64,000 nt of DNA. Origin: a bacterium HR37 (GTDB taxonomy: Bacteria; Desulfobacterota_D; UBA1144; Nemesobacterales; CSP1-2). How positions within the stretch are numbered: position 1 is the first letter of the stretch; each line of letters opens with the position of its first letter. The position numbers and the translations under genes are program-made. The notes under the pieces are model-generated. The model ran no database searches, had not been told where the DNA came from, and was given only the letters and a program-made list of their open reading frames with translations. Shown piece by piece: positions 1 to 10,164 of the stretch. Location of the stretch: NCBI GenBank assembly GCA_002898375.1, contig BEIN01000014.1:6712-70711 (forward strand), in the 5' to 3' direction.

Positions 1-851
1 TAACGTACTCTATAACGGCATCAAGTTCAAGTGAACCGTTCTGAAGTTTTTCTAGAAGTTTTTGAAAATGCAGTTTCTCTCCGCGATTAATCTTATCTGA
101 AAAGTGGCCGTAAATATGCTGCAATACATTAATATGGGCTTTTATCGGTGGTTTCCTGTGGAACAAGTTCCTGAATAAAATTCCATACTCTTTGAGTGTT
201 TTCTCAAAGCCCTTGCTTTTCCAATTGGCTATAAGCTGACCGAGTGTCTTTGATCCCTTTTGATTATAAAGCATAAGTAAGTACTTATATCTCTGATGAA
301 AGAGAATAAGCTCTTTTATATTTCTTGTTTCTTTTAACATGAATCTTAAATCAGCAAACGCAAAGATCTTTGTAAGAAAGTTTCTTCTAATCCAGTAGTT
401 CTTAAGCCTCATCTCATCCTCAACTGGCAGACCGGGAAATAGGTCAATTACCCTTTGTGCAAATAGGCCACTTCCCTTACCTATGGGAATTCCGGTATCA
501 GGGGAGAATATCTTTGTGTTATGAACCCCACAACTTGGTGATTTGGCTTTTAATAGGAATCCATCCACCTCGGATATTGAGTTCAGATATTCCTCTGAAA
601 ATTTGTTCATTCTGTCTGTATGGTCTTTACCGGTTTTTGGTTCTACTATCCTTACAAGTTGATTTTTTGTCTTTATAAGAGTTACCGGCGGTCTTGGAAC
701 CCCCATACCAATAGCCATTTCAGGGCATACAGGAATGTAGTTTACAAATTTCCCAAGCCTTTCTACAAACTCATCTCTTATAATGCCCCCATTATATCTT
801 ACTGATTCCAGATTTATACACTTGCTCAAGACAATATTGGGTTTAACCATG
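1..851 (-). CDS. DUF523 (TudS-like)/DUF1722 (YbgA-like) fusion protein; C-terminal end runs off the window
   Basis: Hand translation of minus strand from ATG at ~849-851 gives MVKPNIVLSKCINLESVRYNGG...CPEMAIGMGVPRPP (DUF523-like Cys/CPE motifs) then a DUF1722-like helical C-terminal region. No stop before position 1, so it is absent from the ORF track. Sits upstream of a photolyase, as E. coli ybgA-phr. Confidence 0.55.
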
Positions 852-2231
852 TGCTTTCAGATTTGATATCCTTTCGAGATATTTTCTCATATAGAATTTC
901 CTTCTTAAACCTTTCTCGGACATGTATCTGATTTTTCCGAAGATCTTTCTCTCTTTAAATGGTCTGTCATGTAAACCAAAGCACCAGCAGATACCCGCAT
1001 AACTGTTTGGGTCTCTTCCATCTAGTGCATATTTGTTGTTTAAGTAAAGCAGTTTTTTATATGCTTCAGCGGTATCTTCTGACCACTCTATAACTTTTTT
1101 ACCCCAGTACATTCTCATATAGTTGTGGATTTTCCCTCTTCCTATGAGTTCTTCTTGGGCTGCATTCCAGTAAATATCATGAGTTTTTGCATTTTCTAAC
1201 TCACTTATGCTGTATGTATAATCCCTTTTATCTTTTTCGTGATTTTTAAGGCCTTCGGCTGCCCATTTGGGAAGAAAAGCAAGTAAATTCTCTAAATTCT
1301 TCACGTGGTAGGTGAAATTGTGTGCAAGTTCCCTGCGAATAACAAGCTGTTCAAGTAAAGTCTCAAAATTCTCTGGTTTGGTATCAACTTCTTTAGCAGA
1401 CTTTATTATATGAATAGGGCTTATATGGCCGAAGTGAAGATAAGGGCTTAAATTTGATTCTGCATCTACTGAGGGATTACTTCTATGTTCTGCAAAAACA
1501 TGATATGTGCTATCTAGAAACTTATTAAGAGCTTCTAGTGCTTCTTTACTGCCGCCTTTTAAACTGCACTCAGGAATGTACTCTGTTTTCTGGTCTTTAA
1601 ATATCACGGAGATGTTCTCTGGGTCTATATCATAAATACTTTCAAGTTTTTTCCCTTTATAGGTATACTGGGTAAAATCATTAAGAAACTTGTGGATTTG
1701 TTTCTTTATTTTTGGTCTTATGGTGTAAGCACCATACTCCATTTTATTGCTTGTATGTCTTACAGGTACAACCACGTTTGTATCTACTTCGAATACCGTG
1801 GTTTCAATCTCATGGTATATATCTCTTCTTACAAGATTCAGGTATGGTAGGTATGCTTGATCCGTAATAACTAAATGGGCCTTTTTAGCATAATTTAGTA
1901 AAGTTTCTTTAAAATGACCTTTCTTTATGTGAAGTGCAATGTTTCTGTCTTCAAGATCTTTTTTTACATCAGCTAACCCTTCAAGAAAGAATTTAAAACT
2001 TCTGTAATTTGCCTCCGGGTAGCTTAAATCCAGAACAGCTAGAACAATAAGTGGTAAATTTAGGGTATTGGAAGTGTAAATTGCATATTCAAGACTGTGG
2101 TTGTAATCAGCGCGAAAGGCTCCCTGCATCCAGTAAAGAACGTATTTGCCTTTCTTGGTGGATTGCTGTACCTGAAAAACTCGGCTTATAGCACTAAAGC
2201 TACTTAAAGATTGCTTAAAGCTGTAAAGCAT
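843..2231 (-). CDS. phr: deoxyribodipyrimidine photolyase, class II CPD photolyase-like
   Basis: 462 aa; N-terminal KGKYVLYWMQGAFRADYNHSLEYAI and overall length match class II photolyases; FAD-binding C-terminal W-rich region. Confidence 0.75.
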   Translation of the reverse strand: MLYSFKQSLSSFSAISRVFQVQQSTKKGKYVLYWMQGAFRADYNHSLEYAIYTSNTLNLPLIVLAVLDLSYPEANYRSFKFFLEGLADVKKDLEDRNIALHIKKGHFKETLLNYAKKAHLVITDQAYLPYLNLVRRDIYHEIETTVFEVDTNVVVPVRHTSNKMEYGAYTIRPKIKKQIHKFLNDFTQYTYKGKKLESIYDIDPENISVIFKDQKTEYIPECSLKGGSKEALEALNKFLDSTYHVFAEHRSNPSVDAESNLSPYLHFGHISPIHIIKSAKEVDTKPENFETLLEQLVIRRELAHNFTYHVKNLENLLAFLPKWAAEGLKNHEKDKRDYTYSISELENAKTHDIYWNAAQEELIGRGKIHNYMRMYWGKKVIEWSEDTAEAYKKLLYLNNKYALDGRDPNSYAGICWCFGLHDRPFKERKIFGKIRYMSEKGLRRKFYMRKYLERISNLKAHG

Positions 2232-2395
2232 TGCTTTTCTTGCAAACCATTATGAAACTCTATTATATAGCTTCTTTAATACTCTGGCAAATTACCTCGG
2301 GGATTAAAGTCCTTAACTTCTACGAAAATCCTTATCAGCAATCTGAGTTAAGGTGGATAAATTTAACTTCATCTTTTATATCCTTTCTGGTTAAA

Positions 2396-3199
2396 TTAGA
2401 TGATTCTTGATCTTACTATGGAACTTATTTGTTCAACTATAAACACCAGTAGGAAAATAGCCAGTATGATAGTTGATGCTTGCTGATACTGGAACATATC
2501 CATTGCAACCTTAAGCTCTATACCTATACCCCCTGCTCCAACAAGTCCTAGAATTACCGAGGATCTGGTTGATTTCTCAAGGCTGTAGAGAATAGTGTTT
2601 GTAAAAGAAGGTAATGCCATAGGCACTACTACACAGAATATTATATCGATTCTGCTTGCCCCTATTGCTTTTAACGCTTCCTGAGGTTCTTTATCTACTT
2701 CTTCCATTGCTTCTGCAAAGAAGCGCCCACAGAAACCTATTGTATCAACCATTATAGCAAGTGTACCGGCAAAGGGGCCAAGCCCAACCGATACCACAAA
2801 GATTAGAGCCCAAATTATATCTGGAACAGTTCGAAGAAAAGCTATAAGTACTCTTGCAGTATAGTACAGCAATTGATGAGGTGTATGAACTTTGCTAGCA
2901 AGAATTGAGAGTGGGAAGCTTATTGCTATGCCTATTAGTGTTCCAACTAAAGCCATTTGAAGTGTTTCAAACGTTGCGTTAATAACAGAATCTACTCTAT
3001 CGAAACTGGGTGGCAGCATCTCCCTTATAATTCTAACTATATGTGGTATACCGTGTGCCAGATCAACCGGTGACAGACTAACGTTTTTTACTGAGTTTAC
3101 AATTAACAGGATAAACGCTAGGTAAACAAAGAAATGTAGAGGATTTGGAAACCTTATGCGAGGAGGTGGTAATAGTAAGCTTTTGTATTTATCCATCAT
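2396..3199 (-). CDS. phnE: phosphonate/phosphite-type ABC transporter permease (PhnE family)
   Basis: 267 aa multi-TM protein; EAMEEVDKEPQEALKAIGASRIDIIFCVVVPMALP typical of PhnE; overlaps the upstream ATPase gene. Confidence 0.7.
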   Translation of the reverse strand: MMDKYKSLLLPPPRIRFPNPLHFFVYLAFILLIVNSVKNVSLSPVDLAHGIPHIVRIIREMLPPSFDRVDSVINATFETLQMALVGTLIGIAISFPLSILASKVHTPHQLLYYTARVLIAFLRTVPDIIWALIFVVSVGLGPFAGTLAIMVDTIGFCGRFFAEAMEEVDKEPQEALKAIGASRIDIIFCVVVPMALPSFTNTILYSLEKSTRSSVILGLVGAGGIGIELKVAMDMFQYQQASTIILAIFLLVFIVEQISSIVRSRII

Positions 3200-4007
3200 A
3201 TATTCTTTTTAAATCACTCAGGCAAAGATTAATTGTGGGTGAGTTTAAAGTTAAGCTCCCTTCCCGAAGCCCCAGTAAGTAATCAGAGTACTGTAGTGCG
3301 TGCTTTAGGTTATGAGATGAAAATAAAAGAGTAATACCTTCTTTTCTGGTAAGTTCAACAAACAAGTTCATAACTTCTTCCCCAGTTTTTGGATCAAGAC
3401 TTGCTGCCGGTTCATCTGCAATGATAAGTTCTGGTTCTTGCATAAGAGCCCTTGCAATTGCAACTCTTTGGGATTGCCCTACGGAGAGATTTTCCACACG
3501 GTGTTCTGCAAGGTGGGCCATTCCTACTATATTAAGGTAGTGCATTGCTTTTTCTCTTTCTGTATTAGGCGCTAGGCTGTGAAACCAGGCACGCGGTCCT
3601 CTCCTTTTAGATAAACTTCCTTGAATTACGTTCGAGATTACAGAGAGTTTTGGTATCAAGTTATGTTTTTGAAATACAAAACCTACACGTGTACGTATAT
3701 AATGGAGTTCTCTGTTGTTTGCTCTGGTAATTTCTTTCCCAAATAGGTTGATTTCTCCACTATCGGGTTCGATTAGACGGATACAACAGCGAAGGAGGGT
3801 TGATTTACCAGCACCATTGGGTCCAATCAACGCAAAGACTTTTTTACTAAGCACCGTGAAGCTAACTTTGTTAAGAATCTGTCTGTTGTTGAAGCTCTTG
3901 CTTAATCCTGTTACTGATAAAACAGGTCTTATCTCTTGGTCTATAGAAGTACGGGGTATTTCGTTATTAAGTGTTTTTTTCCTTTTTAGGTTAGCTGTAT
4001 TTGTCAT
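3189..4007 (-). CDS. phnC: phosphonate-type ABC transporter ATP-binding protein (PhnC family)
   Basis: Walker A GPNGAGKST, ABC signature LSVGQSQRVAIARAL, Walker B LIIADEP. Confidence 0.8.
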   Translation of the reverse strand: MTNTANLKRKKTLNNEIPRTSIDQEIRPVLSVTGLSKSFNNRQILNKVSFTVLSKKVFALIGPNGAGKSTLLRCCIRLIEPDSGEINLFGKEITRANNRELHYIRTRVGFVFQKHNLIPKLSVISNVIQGSLSKRRGPRAWFHSLAPNTEREKAMHYLNIVGMAHLAEHRVENLSVGQSQRVAIARALMQEPELIIADEPAASLDPKTGEEVMNLFVELTRKEGITLLFSSHNLKHALQYSDYLLGLREGSLTLNSPTINLCLSDLKRIYDG

Positions 4008-4792
4008 TTCTGTGCTCCAATGAAATCCGAATATTCCGGATATCCAATCGTAGCATACATTGATCTAATGTAGTTATAATCACTATCTTTAACGTTGGTT
4101 AGAAACTTTGTACCTCTATACTTTTGAGTATCCTCTCCTTTAAGAAGGGCTTGTATTAGTTCCTGAGAGTGGAGGTTAAAAGCTTCACGTATCTTATTTG
4201 CTGTATCTTTGCTTATGTGCTTTCCAGCAAGGAGAACATCGTTAGGGAGATCTGGACTGCGGGCAATTACCCTGAATGCACCGGGTTCGGTTTCCATGCT
4301 ACGTAATGCAAGAAACTTATCGTTGGTTGTTGCAAATGCGGAGATTTCTTCTTTTTTAAGTGCTTCCCAGCCAATCTTATAACTGACATGTATTGCTTTT
4401 ATGTCTTTTAGGGGATCTAATCCGTAATCTTTTAAGAGCTGCATTGGCGCCAGGTGTTTTGAAGTTGAGCCTATATCCCCAAAAGCCACCTTTTTCCCTT
4501 TTAGATCTTTTATTGAATTAATACCACTGTTAGCTAGTACTATTATGGAGGAAAAGTAATCCGGTCTTGAAAATGCTACGACTGGGTAGGCATCTGTACG
4601 TTTACGAAAAATTACGTACTCTGCTGGACCTGTCAGTGCAAAATCAAGTTTTCGTGATTTGAGCGCTTCTACAGCTGCAGTACGACTGCTTACTGGATAG
4701 AACTCAAAAGTAAATCCTGTAGCTCTGCTCAAAGCGTCTTTGAACTCACCGTATTCCCGTTGTAAGTTCTCTAAGCCCTCTATATCCGTCAC
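4004..4792 (-). CDS. phnD: PhnD-family periplasmic substrate-binding protein homolog lacking a signal peptide (probably 5'-truncated)
   Basis: 262 aa with PhnD-like fold motifs (LDFALTGPAEYV, KGKKVAFGDIGSTS). Starts at GTG. The reading frame stays open upstream to a stop at ~4889 but encodes no hydrophobic signal or start codon. Confidence 0.5.
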   Translation of the reverse strand: MTDIEGLENLQREYGEFKDALSRATGFTFEFYPVSSRTAAVEALKSRKLDFALTGPAEYVIFRKRTDAYPVVAFSRPDYFSSIIVLANSGINSIKDLKGKKVAFGDIGSTSKHLAPMQLLKDYGLDPLKDIKAIHVSYKIGWEALKKEEISAFATTNDKFLALRSMETEPGAFRVIARSPDLPNDVLLAGKHISKDTANKIREAFNLHSQELIQALLKGEDTQKYRGTKFLTNVKDSDYNYIRSMYATIGYPEYSDFIGAQK

Positions 4793-5612
4793 GGCAAAAC
4801 GAAATGTTTCTTCGGATCTGGTAGTTGAAAAGGAGATAAGTATACGAGGAGCCGAGATCTCTATTGCTGCAGAAGACCCTCCAGTTGATTATGTTAATCG
4901 CTTTGGAGCCCCTCCTGACATTTACAGCAAGGAGATCAACTTCTGGTTATGGAAAGTGGCCTTGGACATACTTAAATACAGGTCCGATATAAGGTTCTTA
5001 TATATACATACAACGGATTATCCCATGCATATGTGGTCTCCGGAGGAAAGGGAATCTATGGAGCACCTTGCTGTTCTTGATTCGCTTCTGGATGAGGCAA
5101 GGCATATAGCTAGGGATGCCGTATTTCTTATTACTGCTGATCATGGATTAAACTATAAGAAACGTTGTTGGGATTTAACCAAGGCTTGTAAGAAAAGGGG
5201 AGTGGAAATTAAATACTCTCTTTCGGTAGAGAAAGACAGGTATGTTAAACACCACAGAACCTTTGGTGGTACTGCTTGGGTGTGGTTAAAATCTCCCAAG
5301 GATGAATCTAGGGTGGCAAATATTATAGGAGAGCTGGAGGGAGTTGAGATTGTTATGACACGTAGGGAGGCAGCAAGACGATTTAATCTTATGGCAGAAA
5401 GAATAGGGGAACTTGTTGTTTTAGGAGATAGGGATACTGTTTTTGGGGAATTAAGCACTGATATGGAGATTCTTGAACACACTTATAGGTCTCATGGCTC
5501 CTTATACGAACTTGATGTACCGCTTATCATATATAATCACTCATGGGAGCTTCCTCCATCTGAGTTCTTTACAAACAATCTGCATTTGACCAGGTCCCTT
5601 TTTAATAGGTAG
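4740..5612 (+). pseudogene. alkaline-phosphatase superfamily (type I phosphodiesterase/phosphonoacetate-hydrolase-like) C-terminal fragment
   Basis: Contains mid and C-terminal motifs FLYIHTTDYPMHMWSPEE...VLDSLL...FLITADHGLNY but lacks the N-terminal catalytic Thr/metal-binding half. The ORF start overlaps the opposite-strand phnD-like gene. Confidence 0.45.
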
Positions 5613-5753
5613 TGGATTTTTTAACTTCTCTTGTAAAGTAGGGGAGGGGGAGATTAAAGTTGGACTTCGTTTTGGCTGCAATTCCCATTTCTCAAAAATT
5701 GCCTGTCTCTATAACGGTTCTTAGGGAACTTTGATCCATATCTTCCCTGATTA

Positions 5754-8700
5754 TCATCGGGTAAAAACCCTATATACCCTTCTCTGAAGGGAGTCCATGT
5801 ATGTGTAAACAACGGGTGTAAGATAGAGTGTTACGAGCTGTGAAAAAAGCAAACCTCCTGCTACCGAAAGCCCCAGAGAACGACGTACCTCTCCTCCTGC
5901 ACCAAAACCGATGGCAATAGGTAGTGCCCCAAAAAGAGCTGCCATGGTTGTCATCATAATGGGACGAAACCTTATAAGACATCCCTGGTATATTGCTTCT
6001 AGAGGGCTTTTACCTTCGTTTCTCTGTGCTTCCAGAGCAAAATCAATTTGCATTATTGCGTTTTTCTTAACGATTCCTATTAACATTATTAATCCTATGA
6101 ATCCGTATATGTTTAATTCAGATCTGAATAGGATCAGAGTAAGCAGGGCTCCGAATATAGCGGAGGGAAGACCGGATAAAATGGTTAGCGGATGTATAAA
6201 GCTTTCATAAAGAATGCCAAGGATCATATAGATTACCAAAACAGCAGAAACTAAAAGGAGTCCCTGGCCTCGTAAAGATGATTGGAATTCTTGTGCAGCG
6301 CCCTGAAAGCTGGTTCTTATGGTAGGTGGTAAAACCTTACGCGCAATCTCTGTTACCTTTGCGACAGCTTCACTAAGTGAGACTCCCGGTTTGAGGTTAA
6401 ACGAAATTGTAACACCGGGAAACTGTCCTATATGATTAATGGTTTGTGGCCCTGTATTCTCGTATATAGTTGCTACTGAATCCAGTGGAACAAGGTGGTT
6501 ATTTGATGAGTTTATATAAAGCATCGATAACAGTTGTGGGTTTATCTGATATTGTGGTTCCAGTTCCAGTATAACCTTATACTGGTTATTTGGAGCATAT
6601 ATGGTTGATACCCATCTATCTCCGTAAGCATCAAAAAGTGCATTTTCAATCTGGTGTGCTGTGATTCCGAGTGTAGATGCTCTATCCCTGTTTATTAAGA
6701 CGTTTATCTGGGGATTTTTAATCTGAAGATCACTTGTTACATCCTGTAGCTCTGGTACGCTTCGAAGTTTTTCTTCAAGAATTGGAGCATAGTGATAGAG
6801 CTCATCCGTATCAGGGCTCTGCAGAGTAAACTGGTAAAGACTCTTTGTAAGCTGTCCTCCTATACGGATTACGGGAGGGTTTTGCATAAAAACGCGTATT
6901 CCAGGAACCCTTGCCAGCTTTGGACGTAGCTCTTCTATTACCTGTTCTACGCTTAAATTACGTTCTGAGCGTGGTTTCAGGTGAAAAAACATTACCCCTT
7001 GATTGGAGCTTGTAGCAACGCTTGTACCTCCACCAACACTTGAGTAGAACTCTACCACGTTTGGGTCTTTACGAACGATCTCTGAAAGAGCCTTGTGTAG
7101 TTCCACCATTTTGTCAAAGGATGTTCCTTCCTGAGCTTCTGTCATAGCAAATATTATTCCCCTATCCTCATTTGGTATGAATCCTTTTGGGATCTTAAAG
7201 AATAGATATCCTGTGATAACCAAGATTGTGAGTGAGGTAATCATTGTAGCAGGGCGATGTCTTAGGACGAACTTAAGGCTTGATTCATAGGCCTTTAACA
7301 TTTGATCAAATATCTTTTCTGTAAAAAGATAGAGGCGATTGTGTTTTTGCTCCGATGGCGGGCGTAAAAAGCGGCTGCAGAGCATCGGTGTAAGGGTGAG
7401 GGAAACAAAGCCAGATATCAGGATTGCTACACATATTGTTACCGCAAATTCACGAAACAGCCTTCCGATAACACCACCCATAAAGAGTATCGGGATAAAG
7501 ACAGCTGCAAGGGAAAGAGTCATGGATAGTATGGTAAAGCTAATCTCTTTGGAGCCGTCCAGAGCTGCTTTAAGAGCTGTTTTCCCCATTTCCATATGCC
7601 GCACTATGTTCTCAAGCATCACTATAGCATCATCCACTACAAACCCTATTGCCAGAATCAGTGCCATAAGTGAGAGGTTATCCATGCTGTAACCAAGTAT
7701 GTACATAACTGAAAAGGTGCCTATTATGGATAGTGGTAGTGCAAGGCTCGGTATAACTGTAGCCGATACGTTTCGTAGGAAGATAAAGATAACCATAACA
7801 ACAAGTATTAGGGTTAAAACCATGGTAAACTGAACGTCTTTTATCGACTCAAGTATAAACTTGGAGCGATCGTAGAGTAGGTGTAGTTCAACTGAAGGAG
7901 GAATAAAAGCCCTCAGAGATGAAAGGAGTTCCTTAACTGAGCTTGCTACCTCAACGGTGTTTGTACCAGGCTGTCTCCTTACAGCCAGCACTATGGATCT
8001 TCGACTTCCCCTGTGATCCACAAACCATGCTGCAGCCTTATCTGCTTCCACACTGTCTATGACACGACCCAGTTCGCCAAGACGCACAGGGGAGCCGTTA
8101 CGGTATGCAACAATAACTGAACGATATGCATCTGCTTTAAAGAGCTGGCCGTTAGCAAGAACTGTGAATGCTTTATCAGGTCCGTAGAGGGTTCCGGTAG
8201 GAAGGTTTACATTGGCACTACGTATGGCACTTTCTACCTCATCTATTCCAATACCTCTGCTTGAAAGAGCCCGTGGGTCAAGCTGTACACGAACTGCGTA
8301 TTTCTGTGGTCCAAATATCTCTACTTGGGCTACGTCCTTAACCATGGAGATGCGTTGAGCAAGCATTGTATCGGCGTATTCGTGCAGTTCCCAGAGTGGA
8401 AGGGTAGTGGATGTTACAGCTATATAGAGAATTGGTTGATCAGCAGGATTTACCTTACGATAAGTGGGTGGCTCCGGCATATCCTGAGGTAGAAAGGGAC
8501 TGGCCTGGGCAATTGCTGTTTGAACATCCTGGGCTGCAGCATCAATGTTACGACTTAGGTCAAACTGGAGCGTAATTCTTGTAGAACCAAGTGAGTTAAC
8601 AGAAGTCATTGAAGTTAATCCCTCAATTGTTGAAAACTGTCTCTCAAGAGGAGTGGCAACAGAGGAAGCCATAGTTTCAGGGCTTGCTCCGGGCAGGCTA

Positions 8701-8846
8701 GCTGTTACCAAAAGAGTTGGAAAATCAACATTTGGAAGATCACTTACGGGAAGTAATCTATACCCCATAATACCAAAAAGAAGAATCCCCAACATAATAA
8801 GCGTTGTTGCAACAGGTCTACGAATGAATACTTCAGATATATTCAT
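5754..8846 (-). CDS. RND efflux transporter permease, HAE1/AcrB family
   Basis: 1030 aa, 12-TM AcrB-like N-terminus MNISEVFIRRPVATTLIMLGILLFG...PNVDFPTLLVTASLPGASPETM. Confidence 0.85.
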   Translation of the reverse strand: MNISEVFIRRPVATTLIMLGILLFGIMGYRLLPVSDLPNVDFPTLLVTASLPGASPETMASSVATPLERQFSTIEGLTSMTSVNSLGSTRITLQFDLSRNIDAAAQDVQTAIAQASPFLPQDMPEPPTYRKVNPADQPILYIAVTSTTLPLWELHEYADTMLAQRISMVKDVAQVEIFGPQKYAVRVQLDPRALSSRGIGIDEVESAIRSANVNLPTGTLYGPDKAFTVLANGQLFKADAYRSVIVAYRNGSPVRLGELGRVIDSVEADKAAAWFVDHRGSRRSIVLAVRRQPGTNTVEVASSVKELLSSLRAFIPPSVELHLLYDRSKFILESIKDVQFTMVLTLILVVMVIFIFLRNVSATVIPSLALPLSIIGTFSVMYILGYSMDNLSLMALILAIGFVVDDAIVMLENIVRHMEMGKTALKAALDGSKEISFTILSMTLSLAAVFIPILFMGGVIGRLFREFAVTICVAILISGFVSLTLTPMLCSRFLRPPSEQKHNRLYLFTEKIFDQMLKAYESSLKFVLRHRPATMITSLTILVITGYLFFKIPKGFIPNEDRGIIFAMTEAQEGTSFDKMVELHKALSEIVRKDPNVVEFYSSVGGGTSVATSSNQGVMFFHLKPRSERNLSVEQVIEELRPKLARVPGIRVFMQNPPVIRIGGQLTKSLYQFTLQSPDTDELYHYAPILEEKLRSVPELQDVTSDLQIKNPQINVLINRDRASTLGITAHQIENALFDAYGDRWVSTIYAPNNQYKVILELEPQYQINPQLLSMLYINSSNNHLVPLDSVATIYENTGPQTINHIGQFPGVTISFNLKPGVSLSEAVAKVTEIARKVLPPTIRTSFQGAAQEFQSSLRGQGLLLVSAVLVIYMILGILYESFIHPLTILSGLPSAIFGALLTLILFRSELNIYGFIGLIMLIGIVKKNAIMQIDFALEAQRNEGKSPLEAIYQGCLIRFRPIMMTTMAALFGALPIAIGFGAGGEVRRSLGLSVAGGLLFSQLVTLYLTPVVYTYMDSLQRRVYRVFTR

Positions 8847-8864
8847 AGGATATTTCCTTGGTTC

Positions 8865-10061
8865 TTAATGTGTATGTTCTTCTCTGTTGCCGGGGCTGTT
8901 ACTTCTACTCTGTATATCTCCTTCAGGACTGTTTGTAATCTCCACCTTGATACCAGGAGCAAGTTGAAGCTGTCCTTCAACAACCACTTTCTCCCCTGGG
9001 TGAATTCCCTTTACGATAACTGTTTCATTGTGGTTGGTGCTTGCACCTAAGACTACGGGACGGGGCTCTACGGTAAGGTCGGGTTTTACTATAAAAACGT
9101 GGTAACCTTCCTGGCCCGTTTGAATTGATTGTGATGGAACTACCACTGCATTGGGTTGCGTTGTAAGTGTCAGTGTTACGTCCACAAACTGTCCTGGCCA
9201 TAGGTATTCATCCTCATTGGGAAATACAGCTTTAAGCGTTATGGTTCCCGTTTCACTGTCTACCTCATTGTTTATAAAACTTAGATGACCAGTGGCCTTA
9301 TGTGATTCATCTGAGGGAACCCGGGCTTCTACCTTGAGATCTCCAATGGCCATGTATTTTCTGATACTTGGTAGCTCTTGCTCCGGTACTGAGAATTTTA
9401 CGTAGATAGGTTTGGTCTGATTTATTACAGCAAGTACTGTATCTTTGTCTTTAACCACGTTTCCCTGGTCAACCAGTAACTCTCCTATGCGTCCGGTTAT
9501 CGGAGAACGAATATAGCAGTACTCAAGCTGGAGCTTTGCATTCTCTACAGCAGCTCTGTCTGCTTTGACTGTTGACCTTAGAACCTCTAGGTTTGTAATA
9601 AACTGATCGTATTCCTGTTTGGAGACTATTCCTTTTTTTAATAAATCTGTATAACGTCTGGCATCAACTTCCGCTTTTTTCATCTGTGCGATGTCCCTTG
9701 CCAGGTTGGCTTCAGCTTGCTTTAAAGCAGCCTCAAATGGACGAGGGTCTATTACGAACATAAGTTCTCCATTTTTTACCATCTGTCCCTCTTTGAAGTA
9801 CACGTGTGCCAGCTCACCGGCAACCTGTGATTTTACTGATACGCTTGAGAAAGCCTCCACATGACCTATTGTGTTAATTTGAACAGGAACGTCTTTTTCA
9901 ATAGCAGTTGCCACCTTTACAGGTATCCTTTGTTCCTTTTGAGTTTGTTGTGTGTGACCGCTGGAGCATGCAAGAAGCAGTGTGGTTAAGATGGCAATTG
10001 AGGCTTTTAGCAATGTAAAAAGTGCTTTTCGGGATTTTTGAGTTTGATCCTGGTAGTTCAT
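8865..10061 (-). CDS. RND efflux periplasmic adaptor (membrane fusion protein, HlyD/AcrA family), lipoprotein
   Basis: 398 aa; lipobox LLACSSG, coiled-coil hairpin and beta-barrel regions; directly upstream of the RND permease. Confidence 0.8.
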   Translation of the reverse strand: MNYQDQTQKSRKALFTLLKASIAILTTLLLACSSGHTQQTQKEQRIPVKVATAIEKDVPVQINTIGHVEAFSSVSVKSQVAGELAHVYFKEGQMVKNGELMFVIDPRPFEAALKQAEANLARDIAQMKKAEVDARRYTDLLKKGIVSKQEYDQFITNLEVLRSTVKADRAAVENAKLQLEYCYIRSPITGRIGELLVDQGNVVKDKDTVLAVINQTKPIYVKFSVPEQELPSIRKYMAIGDLKVEARVPSDESHKATGHLSFINNEVDSETGTITLKAVFPNEDEYLWPGQFVDVTLTLTTQPNAVVVPSQSIQTGQEGYHVFIVKPDLTVEPRPVVLGASTNHNETVIVKGIHPGEKVVVEGQLQLAPGIKVEITNSPEGDIQSRSNSPGNREEHTH

Positions 10062-10079
10062 AGCTTGTATCCTGATTAA

Positions 10080-10101
10080 TAAGTAAGTAATTACTTACTT
10101 A
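10080..10101. promoter_or_regulatory. 22-bp perfect palindrome TAAGTAAGTAATTACTTACTTA, putative operator
   Basis: Read directly in the 197-bp divergent intergenic region between the efflux operon and the DUF123 gene. Confidence 0.4.
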
Positions 10102-10146
10102 AGTGATAAAAATTACCATTTGTTCTGATTTGTGTCAATAGGTACC

Positions 10147-10164
10147 CTTCCTTACTTAAGGAAG
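10147..10164. promoter_or_regulatory. second inverted repeat CTTCCTTA-CT-TAAGGAAG sharing the 10-mer CTTACTTAAG with the first palindrome
   Basis: Read directly; CTTACTTAAG occurs at ~10094 and ~10151. Confidence 0.35.

Noticed and set aside
457-805. Two small plus-strand ORFs (73 and 61 aa) at the left edge
   Set aside because: Both are antisense to the hand-translated DUF523/DUF1722 gene on the minus strand, which has far better protein-like composition and conserved motifs.
2300-2350. Inverted repeat CCTTAACT...AGTTAAGG between phnE and the photolyase gene, considered as a terminator
   Set aside because: The ~27-nt loop and lack of a following U-tract make an intrinsic terminator unlikely.
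3715-8868. Antisense ORFs inside phnC and the RND pump and membrane-fusion genes (3715-4023, 5153-5482, 5770-5982, 5911-6210, 7339-7692, 8545-8868)
   Set aside because: All embedded in long, well-supported genes on the opposite strand; no independent evidence.
10080-10164. Palindromes considered as terminal inverted repeats of an IS element or MITE
   Set aside because: No transposase, no target-site duplication, and the repeats are 57 bp apart in a promoter region; operator-like explanation preferred.
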